Part shown: piece by piece, positions 53,031 to 64,000 of the stretch
Layout: each line of letters begins with the position of its first letter
Numbering within the stretch: the first letter of the stretch is position 1
DNA from: Octopus sinensis
Taxonomy: Eukaryota
NCBI RefSeq assembly: GCF_006345805.1
Contig: NC_042997.1
Span: forward strand, 178,746,001-178,810,000
Direction of reading: 5' to 3'
DNA: 64,000 nucleotides
Position numbers and translations under genes: made by a program
Notes under the pieces: model-generated
What the model was told of the DNA's origin: nothing
The model's database searches: none
The model's input: only the letters and a program-made list of their open reading frames with translations

Positions 53031-54117
53031 ATATATATATATATATATTTATTTATTTATTATATGCATGTACGTTTGTACGTGTCTGATAGTGTGTATA
53101 CCTACGTGTGTTTATGTATAGTTCGTACATACACTCACACGATCAGACGCGCGCGCAGACACACAGACATACACGCGTACAGACATACACATACACACAT
53201 ATACAAAGTCTATTGCCGTCTAAAAATGTCTTATTATAATAGTGAACACATTTAACAAAGTGCTTTTCCTCGCTAGATCACCGATCAGTCCTGTATCTTA
53301 TCTCTTATAAAGTACAATTTATACTGTGCTGTCACAATAATCGTTCACACCGCCTCCATTTCCAGATTACTATGTTGGTTGCAAATAATGTAGAATATCT
53401 ATAATACCGTAAAACGCTTTCAAATTGTCTTGTAACTATTCGTAACCCCACTTCTACTTTACTTTTCATTATTTTCTCAGCCACTCTCTCTCTCATATCC
53501 ATTGATTCTTTCTCTCCGAAGTTGTTGTTTTTTTTCACCCCATTCTCTCTGTTATCCGTTTCACATTTTCCCCTACGGCTATTTATATAATCCCTTCCGA
53601 ACGTAAGTCTTTATCTTCAACTTGGTGCGGTAGAATATACAAATGAAAGATATGACCAAATAAGCAAGCAGGATTTTCGTCAATAAGAAATTTCTGTGTA
53701 GTGTATACAGAACAGTATATTCCACTCACGTTTATTACCCTGACCCTTTTTCCCTAAGCCGATAGAAAAGTTTGTCTGAAAGTTAGTACAATCTCTCTCT
53801 CTCTCTCTCTCTCTCACTCGCTTTCATTTTCTCTTTCCTTTTAACCTGCCTGCTCTCAATCTCTTCTACTTTTTACAGTGATATAAATACACACGGCAAG
53901 AAATACTTCTAGTTCTGTATTGGGTACGTTGTACTGAATAATGAGCAGAGTGTTTGGCATAATAGTCAATATACATCGTTATCATTGATGGATACATCGT
54001 GTCATGAAAGAATAAAGTAAATAGTTACTTTCATTTCAAACTTTGGAGCGTTTGAAATGTATTGCATGATGATATATATATATATATAATATATATGTTT
54101 GAGTTGCATAATAGTGG

Positions 54118-54182
<65 letters not shown>

Positions 54183-55884
54183 TATATATGTGTGTGTGTG
54201 TTCGTGTATATATTGCTTTTCTTGTTTCAGTGAATATCCGGTGGCCACGCTAGGGCACCGCCTTGAAGGGTTAGTGAATAAAATCGTTGATACTGCTTAT
54301 TCCAAGTATGCTAATTGTTCGTCTTCTTATAATAATTACCCAACCTTTTAGGCTCTTCTCACAGCTATCCTGCTTTCAAAAATTATACAGGTATTTAAAA
54401 AAAATTAATTCAATAAATAATGTTTTTACATTACGTATATACATTAATAAAATAAATTGTTGGTTTCCATACAGCGAATTAAAACTTAAAAGAGAAAGTG
54501 AGAGACTTTGCAAATGAAAATGGAATACTCCGCAGTGAATGTAATGAATATCTAAATCTGAGAAAAATTGAACGCAGTGGACACGACAAACTGGAGTTTA
54601 GAAAATTCAATAAACGTTAGGAATCGAAATTATAGGACATTTCTTAGAACATGGATTTATAAAAATATTTCCAGACGGTCAACTCTTTAATAATTGCTTT
54701 CTTTTAGAACTTTTAGTAATTGTTACATTACCTAATTAATAAGTAGCTCTCTCCAATATAGTATAGATAAGTGACAACATAATTCATCAGATTGCTGTCT
54801 GCTCTCTCAATCCTTCTTCCTCTCTCTTACTCTATCTCCTCCCTTCTAACAAACTAAAGCGTAAAGTGTGAACGAACAGGTCAAAGAATAATATAGATTT
54901 AGTTCAATGAAAAAAAATATAATTTTCACTGTCAACATACCACCACCATCATCATTGTCACTATAGTTTTCAGTAACAAAACTCATTTCATTTCAGTCCA
55001 CCAGTTTTATTTTTCTTGCTGTCACTGTATCTCTATGCTCTCTGTCTCACTTCCTTTCTCTCTCTCTCTCTTAATATAACTGCCTCCCCTCTCATATCTG
55101 CTTTTCTCTCTTTTTCTCTCTTTATCTGCCTTTCTTTTACCTCGCTACCAGTATATCACCCACTGCTAAATGCTGTATGCTAAACATCTCTTTCTCCCGA
55201 CTCTCTTTTCTCTTACCGTCTTTTTCTCCCGCTCTTCGTCTCTTCCTTCAACTAACCACGTGACGCATTTGGCCTTATACATCTTTCTCTACTTCTCCCT
55301 CACTTCTTTCTTCCCTACTCACACTCCTACTCCTCCCTCACTTTTACTCCACCTCTCATTCACTCCGCCTCTCACACTAACAAAATATAACGGGTGAACG
55401 AACAAGTAGATTATTATATAGATTGGCCAGATAGGTATGAAAAGGATATATGTGGTAGCAACCACTCACCATTATCAGCAGTGATAACACCAACGCTGTA
55501 ATATTGAAAAAAATAAAAAAATAAAATGATGTTTCAGTTTAACTCTTGGAGAAGAAACAAAAACAAGTCGATGTGTGTACTTACAACCATTCATTATTGC
55601 TGCTATATTCCTCAGAGTCACTTGAGTATATGACGCTGATATGATTGATACTTAATTGATCTGGTTTTGATTTTGGGTTCGAGCTATTTCCACTGCATGT
55701 TACAGGAATATTCTGATTTACTTTCTCCCCACTTCTCTCCTGTTGCGATCATACATGTACACACATATTCCCGTGTATATTTGTTCGATCAGTGGATCAC
55801 ATGTACTTATTCATTGGATTAGCTTGTAAGTGGCTGAGTATTTCTTATACACATGTACAGTTGAGGTCATTCGACGGCAGAATT

Positions 55885-56207
55885 TACTCGAGCAAATCGA
55901 CCCCAGGACTTATTCTTTGTAAGCCTAGTACTTATTCTATCGGTCGCTTTTGCCGAACCGCTACGGGGACGTAAACACACCAGCATCGGTCGTCAAGCGA
56001 TGTTGGGGGGACAAACGCAGACAGACACAAACACACACACACGCACATGCATGCATATACGACGGGCTTCTTTCAGTTTTCGTCCACCAAATCCACTCAC
56101 AAGAATTTGGTTGGCCCGAGGCTATAGTAGAAGACACTTGCCACGCTGTGGGACTGAAACCGGGACCACGTGGTTTGTAAGCAGGCTCCTTACCACACAC
56201 CCACTTC
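55885..56207 (-). mobile_element. SINE family A, 3'-truncated; followed by an opposite-strand 3' half at ~56260-56390
   Basis: Shared blocks cgaccccaggacttattctttg and ccaaatccactcacaag. Confidence 0.85.
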
Positions 56208-56216
56208 TATGTTTGT

Positions 56217-56266
<50 letters not shown>

Positions 56267-56539
56267 TTTATGTCTGTGTTTGTCCCTCATCACCGCTTGA
56301 TAACAAAGGTTGGTATGTCTACGTCCCGTAACTTAGCAGTTCAGCAAAAGAGATTGATAGAGTAAATACTAGGCCTTAAAGAATAAGCCCCAGTCAAATA
56401 TATAGGAAAATTTTATATATATATAGGAAATACTTTCAGCGTGTACTTGTACCTCCACAACATTCACTGAGCTAGGTTCCTCGAAAAATGTTTGCACTCA
56501 ACCGATTTTTATCCCTTATGAAGAAACTCTTGTATAAGT

Positions 56540-58030
56540 ACAGAAGTGTTTCAGACCTATGCGTTTTTTGTACAGAAAGTCATTCCAAGGGGATTTCAGA
56601 TGAAATTAAGATTAAAAATAAATAGCGCAAGGAAAAGAATCTGATGAATATGACTTTCAGGAATTACCATAAAGTTATGCTGTGCAAGTAAACTATCAAT
56701 TTACAGCTATCAATGTCTTTGCTAGTTATTCAACATAGATGTAGCAAGGAATAAACGATATTATTCAATAGGCAGCAAAAATCATCTTATGGGAAGAAAA
56801 AGTTCACGAGAAACAAAATGGATTTCATCAACAACAATAGAAATTGCAGAAGAACGGCGACTAGCAAAAGCAATGGAAAATATTAAGAAAAACAGGAGAC
56901 TGAATAGGGATATCGTAGATGGATGAATAAATAAACGTATAAAGAAGCTAAAGACCGTTATTTAAAGAAGGGATGTTGAATAGCAGGAGAAAAACAACAG
57001 AGACAAAAGACTAGAAATTCCTTAAAAAAAGAAGTGTTGAATAGTATTTCTTTCCCCCAGAATCTAACTTCTAAAGGATGAAAATGGTCAAAATATAAGT
57101 AAAGGAGATACTATCAAAATATGAGGGAAAGAATACACAGAAGTGTGGTACAAAAGAGATGAAGAAAGCTTGGGTGAATGTAAAAGAATTAATTTGGTGG
57201 AGGACGAACCAAACAATAGAAGCAGAGGTTGGGCAATTTTCTGAAGTAGCAAAAGAAAACGCACCAGGTTCAGATGATATCGTTATTGAACTGTTGAAAA
57301 CAGATGATGAAGATGCCATGAAATTAATTACAAAACTTTGTCAAAACATTCCGAACACAAAACAATAGCCGAAAGACCAGCAGAAGTCAGTATGTATCCC
57401 CATTCCAAAGAAAGGTGATAATTGTCTTTATATGCCTGCGAGCAAAAGTGTTTTGAAAATTATTCAAAGCCGGTTTCAACAAAATTCGGAAGAGGAATTA
57501 GCTGCAGAAAAAGCTGGTATCAGAAAAAGAAAGATACGGTGATGGAGTAGGGATTAAATAAGAGATCAAAAGAACAAAGAATGGGTTCTTAAAAATCAAT
57601 GATATATCCAGTAATGAATTATGGATTCAATGCTGGAAAATTAACAAACAAGATAAAAGGAGAACTGATGTATGCGAAATGTGACGAGGAAGAAGAATAC
57701 TAAGAAATATCGTGAACAAAAAGAAAGCAGACAGTTGGATACCATAACAAGAGAAACTTGGAAATAATTTGGAAGTGTTGTTCATCAAAAAAAGATTAAA
57801 ATTCTTTCGGCATATTATGGAGAGCGATGGTATGGCAAATGTATTGTGTTGGAAAAAGCTGAAGGTTTGCAAAGCAGTAGTGGTGGTGGGAGACTGCATA
57901 TGAGTAGATGGCGTGAAAGAGGAGGGTGTGGCTCGCATCCATGAATCAGCGCCACATCTGGACGGACGGGAGTAATAATAATAAGCGAGGATAGCAGATT
58001 CATGAGGTAGTGAGAAGTGACTTTAGGTCT
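56540..58030 (+). mobile_element. Degraded RTE-clade LINE
   Basis: Fragments NAPGSDDIVIELLK..KLITKLCQ..IPIPKKGD, EELAAEKAGIRK and LKFFRHIME match RTE RT-proximal and C-terminal motifs; many stops and a large internal deletion. Confidence 0.75.
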
Positions 58031-58084
58031 TAACGACACGTGAAATGAGAGATTGCAGAGTACAAAGTAGATCGTATTAAATGG

Positions 58085-58143
<59 letters not shown>

Positions 58144-58258
58144 GAGTGTGTGTTGTGTGTGTAACATATGCTATAATTATAAAGAGGGCAAATTTTAGCC
58201 TTTTCTCCGCAGACTGAAAAAACTACGAACAACCGATTTTGGGTTATATATATATATA

Positions 58259-58618
58259 TGGAAGCACTCCGTCGGTTACGACGACGAGGGTTCCGGTTGA
58301 TCCGAATCACTTCTGTGAAATTAACGTGTAAGTGGCTGAGCACTCCACAGACACGTGCACCCTTAACGTAGTTCTCGGGGATATTCAGCGTGACAAGGCC
58401 GGCCCTTTGAAATACAGTTACAACAGAAACAGGAAGTAAGAGTGAGAGAAAGTTGTGGTGAAAGAGTACAGCAGGGATCACCACCATCCTCTGCCGGAGC
58501 CTCGTGGAGCTTTAGGTGTTTTCGCTCAATAAACACTCACAACGCCCGGTCTGGGAATCGAAACCGCGATCCTATGACCGCGAGTCCGCTGCCCTAACCA
58601 CTGGGTCATTGCGCCTCC
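58259..58618 (-). mobile_element. SINE family C, with small internal deletions
   Basis: Near-identical to 46880-47264. Confidence 0.88.
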
Positions 58619-58621
58619 GCT

Positions 58622-58722
<101 letters not shown>

Positions 58723-58734
58723 GATTAAATAAAT

Positions 58735-58972
58735 GCGCACTTTTAAAGCCTAGCCACGCTCATGGGTCCGGTTTTCCGGTTTCAATGGTATATGTGTTCC
58801 CCTGCTGGACGGGACGCCAGTCCATCGCAGTTATGCTCATTTCTGCCAGCTGAGTGAACTGGAGGAGTGAAGTGAAGTGTTTTGCTGAAGAACACAACGC
58901 ATCGCCCGGTTCAGGAATCGAAACCACAATCTTACGATCATGATGCTGACACCCTAACCACTAAGCTACGTG
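58735..58972 (-). mobile_element. SINE family D (degenerate relatives at ~26400-26650 plus and ~3780-3885 minus)
   Basis: Reverse complement of the 22924 element. Confidence 0.8.
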
Positions 58973-59491
58973 CACACACACACACACACACCACACACAT
59001 ACATATATATATATTGTGGTATTCGTTTCATCTCCCTCTCGTCTCTGAGTCAAAATAAGATCGAGATCAGTTTCGCCTGTCAAGCTATCGAGGTGAATAA
59101 GTGATTAGGTGTCAACTGATGTCACCTCTTCCTCTTCTCCTCTCTATCCTTGTCTGTGTGTCTGTCACACTCACACGCTCTCTCTCTCCATCACCCTCTC
59201 TCTCCCTCCTCCCCTCTTTCTTCATCCCCATCTTCCTCTCTTTCTCTATTTCAAACGAAATCAGTCTTGATGAGACTCGAAGGGGGATGGGTTTCTCCCA
59301 GGTTTTAAAAATATATCCCAAATATTCTGCGTGTCATAAGGACTCTATTCGGAGTTAAGTTTCCTGCTACAGATACACACATACACGCACATAGCTGTAC
59401 TTGTTAACATTATATATAAACATATATATCTGTGTGTGGTGTGTGAATGTGGTGTGTGTTGTGTGTGTGTGTGCGTGTGTATGTGTGTGTA

Positions 59492-59523
<32 letters not shown>

Positions 59524-60638
59524 TGTGTGTGTGTGAGTATATGTGTGCGTGCACCTAGTAACGTATCTGTATCTGAAATAAACAAGCAGACTAATGATAT
59601 TAAGTGATGGACACACGTTTTAAGACAAACCCACTATGTCTATATTCCGAGATGCTGAATACAATTGTTACCGTTATAACAGAATATGTATGTATGCATA
59701 TGTATCTGTCTGTCTGTCTGTCTATGTCTCTCTCTCTTTATGTATATGTAAATATATATATATATAAACGTATCTACTGAAAGCAGTTGTTTGCTTCTGA
59801 TCTCTGTTCAAGTATTCATATGACGCATTTAAGAACAGTAACTACAAATGCTTCAATGCATCATATGCTCTGTAGATAAGCATCATGTGCTACGTAGATA
59901 AGCATGATACGTACATACTTGTCTACGTAGTGTAAATATTACATTTTTTACATATGTAGGTGTGTAAGCATGCAAGTATTAATATATGTATAAACACATA
60001 TTCAAGCACAATAAATGTTCCAACCTATTTGATATCGTTTCTATATCACAAAAAAAAAAAAAATATATACATTACGGAACATTAATGATTGAATTCTTTT
60101 TGTATAGTTCTAAAGATTTAAGGAATACTGATCTCTGTAGACATCTCTAGTGTCTTGATTGACTTAGTATCCAATGGGAGCAATGTGCCTAGAGCATCAC
60201 TCGATGTTGTTCTGTGTGAAATGGCTGTTTTCAAGAAGTGGTTTCTACTAATGGTGAGATTTTTTCCCACTGAGAGGTGACCGTACAGAGGAATTTTCCA
60301 GAATGCGGTCAATCTTTGAACTATTATTCTCATTCTCTATCCGTCTATCTGTTTGTCTCCCTCCCTCTCTCCACTCTATCGATCTATCTATCTATATATC
60401 ACTGTATGTATGTATCACATGTTCATAGACTCAGGAAATGATAAATACGTGCACGCCTACATATTCAAATATAAGAGAAGATTGTTCAAAGACAATATAC
60501 CTATATCATAAACACAGATGTGTATAATGATTAGCTAATCTACTTATGTATCTAACTAAATTCACCCACTTTCATTCTCTGTATACATGCTTATGGCTAC
60601 ACACATAAAAACATGTATCCACATGAATACATACGTGT

Positions 60639-60682
<44 letters not shown>

Positions 60683-60904
60683 TGAAAGACCGTTAACAGC
60701 GCCAATCTAACTTAGCCTAATACAATTTCTAACACGGAGCGGAAACCGAACTCACAACTATGTAATCAAGAACCCAGTTACTTATCAACAGGTCACACAC
60801 TTTTCTCATATATATATATATTAGTGATATGTGTCTTTGGCCAGGTAATTTTCTCTTTGCCTTGCCCCGGGTCACTCAAGTGATACAAATTATATTAGGC
60901 TACG

Positions 60905-60941
<37 letters not shown>

Positions 60942-63681
60942 CATGCATGTATGATACATATATACATACATATATATATGCATATACAATCACATATATA
61001 TGCATACATATCCATATATCATATATTATATTATATTATTTCATATTATATTTTGTGCGCACACATATATGTATCGACACACCCACTGACGCATATACAC
61101 ATACTCATAAATGCTTATATGTTATAAGTATATATGCACGTGCGTAATTAAAACGACATTAGGATATTCTCATGTTCGATAGCCAGTTGTATGCCATCTA
61201 TTTCAAACAGAGAGATTTATAATCTATGGTAGGCGGAATCCTTATTATTTTAGATCACAGTATAAAGAACTTAATTATAATAAAGTTGTGTACGTAATTA
61301 GTGCTGCCTGTGTTGAATCGACTGATGAAGCCAAAGGAAAATATGCTATGGCACCAGACGTTGTCATGATATAACTGATGATGATGATGATGATGATGAT
61401 GACGATAACGAGGAGACAGGAGGATGAGGAGAAGGAGGAGATGGAATGTTAATGGTAATGACAGTGGTCGTGATGATGATTTTGATATTGATAATGATAA
61501 TAATAAGATAACGATATAACAGAATGAAATAGAATAGAAATAACCTTTCAATTTAATACTACAGATCACATATTCAAAGCCATAGCCATCCGTTAATATA
61601 ATTATTATTTAAAAATTTTTTATCATTAATGATAAAACCTACACATCTCATATTCAACAGTATAATAACCATCCAACCTATTCTTAGATATAATAACCCA
61701 ACTCATGCAACACAGGTGCTACACATGCGCATTCATAATTACCAACCAATGAAACACTACATTTCGCATTGCACATAGTCTACACAACAAACGAATGAGA
61801 CACGGAAATAACACTAAAAACAAATCGGTAGTAAAGAAGCTCTAGGAAGAATTGAACAGAAGTTCTTCAGAGATTGCTCAGAGCAGATAGGCTTACTGCT
61901 CAGTATAAGGCATCCTTTTTCCAATCTAATTAGAGGAAAACTGGGGCAAGATATGACGGTCAAGCAGTAATGAATAATGAGAGCGATGTATGAGTGATGT
62001 CCATCAGTTCCGAGATAGCTTCATCTCTGCCTATTTCTAAACGGTACTGGCTACCCTGCTCGGAACCTCGTTTTAGTTTCTATACACCTTTAGTTAAGCT
62101 TCCCATATTCTCACATCTCGTTAAATTTATTATCATCTTTGAGGCTTTGATAAATTATAAATCAAGTTGTAGATTTAAGCTAAAAAATAATCTGTTCTTC
62201 ATTAAATGCAAGAATGTGTGAGAAAATTTCTAGGACATTTACAATATGACTCAATGAATCCTCTTTTCAGATCAGAGCAAATTAAGTTGCTTGACGTAGG
62301 GACATACATCAACATCTACCGTGTGATACGAACCCTTAATCATTTTTTAATTTTTATATTTGTCTTATTTGATAATTCATTAGCTTACGTGGTTATAGGA
62401 ACTGGATAAGTAATATAGCTACTGTCTATTTGTTGGAGTGTTTATGCAGGAATATGTGAAGCTATATCTATCTCTTCAGTACGTATATACTCCACAGAAA
62501 TTTGGCAGCCGGGCATCTCAGAATCTCTTCTCAATCAGCTGCCACAATCCGTGCTGTGGCGGTACATAACATTATAAAAGAAGGCAGTTGCAATGAATTA
62601 TAATTTAGACCTATCACTACATTAGACTCGAGACCATATTAATGATACATTTGTGTTACGGAAGTAAATACACATCAAAAGGGTTATAGGAATACATTGA
62701 ATAGAAAAATGTAGTTCACCTCAATGATATTATACTAAAAAAAAATAAGAAAAAGGAATTAAGCTAGTAAAATATGCCAGACTCTTTTCATCTTTAATAA
62801 ATCGATATATATTCTAGAGAAAAATGAAGATAAACAAAACCACGAATATTCTGGCATTTCAATTATTATCATCATTATCTTCGGTTTTTTCTCTATTTCT
62901 TCTAATTTGTATGGCTTATTCAGTCAGCAGAATGGAACAATGTGCAACAAACTATCTAATCTAAGACATAATAGTTATATGTAAGAGATACATCCGAATA
63001 TTACTTTTCATCTCTCTCTCTTTCTTCCTCCTTTTTCTCTCTCTTTAGCCCTATATATTTTTTTTATATCTCTTTCTTTTTTCTCACCCATCTCTTCCTC
63101 CCCGTTCATTCTTTTATTCCTCCTTTCACTTCTATTTCCTAAAACATGGCTTTAACCTTCAAATATCGACCGCATTATCAAAATCTTAGTGGCTATTAAC
63201 ATTTTACTCAATGGATATCGAATAGAGATGAAGGGTTTCTTATTGTTTCATATTGGATTTTAATTGTTGAAATATGAGCAGTTCATTCTTCAATGAATAC
63301 ACAGACATACTCACACAAACACACTAATATATATATAAATATATGCACACACACACACACACACACACACACAATACCACCCTATCTACCTATCTATTTA
63401 TCCATGTATATATATGTGTGTCTGTATGTATAAACACACTTGCTACAATATGACTTTTCAGTGTATATGCAAAATACACCGGTACCACAAAACAACAGAG
63501 TTTGGATGTATGACTATATAGCAACAAATATGTATGAATGCATGTATATGTGTGTACGTGTATATGTGTGCGCATGTTTATGTAAGGACATAGAAAAGAA
63601 AAAGGAGAGAGAATCAGAGAGTTGCCTCCAGTATATTTTTGTGTTAATAAATAGCGAGAGCTATTTTTATTAGAATGGCTG

Positions 63682-63718
<37 letters not shown>

Positions 63719-64000
63719 TTAATATGTAACGATTCACAAGCATCTGTTTAGACTCGCAGACTCACATGTGTGGATATCGTCTTTCTATATGTATGTCTCT
63801 ACGCGCGGGTATATCGAACATTTGTGCACGTACACACACACCATGCATCTTAAACTTCTATCTATAAATAAAGATACACGACTAACAATACTCCAAAAAA
63901 CCCTTTGTATTTCCTATTTATTTTTGTCTATTATTTATCAAATAAAATGTAATTAATTTTAGTTTTAGATTTCTCATTAAAAAAAGCGATTTCAGCACAA

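Overview
AT-rich, microsatellite-dense eukaryotic DNA. The SINE families resemble octopus repeats as I recall them, so the source is probably an octopus; this is inference, not a database match. There is no prokaryotic operon and no CRISPR array. Nearly all ORFs in the supplied track are microsatellite artefacts. One real gene is visible: three minus-strand exons (8751-8944, 7592-7701, 1960-2038) with canonical GT-AG sites and matching phases. They encode the N-terminal extracellular part of a nicotinic acetylcholine receptor-like Cys-loop channel subunit. The signal-peptide exon was not found, and the Cys-loop and transmembrane exons were not seen, so they probably lie beyond position 1. The largest structure is a young, pol-less LTR element in a tandem LTR-int-LTR-int-LTR array (33762-40873, minus strand) with a tRNA-Leu-type PBS, a PPT and an ATAT target duplication. 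The rest is four tRNA-derived SINE families, relics of mariner, Tc1, RTE, R4/Dong-like and Gypsy elements, a short 28S rRNA-like fragment, and many fold-back repeats. Three unrelated repeats carry degenerate minimal hammerhead-ribozyme motifs on the gene's sense strand.
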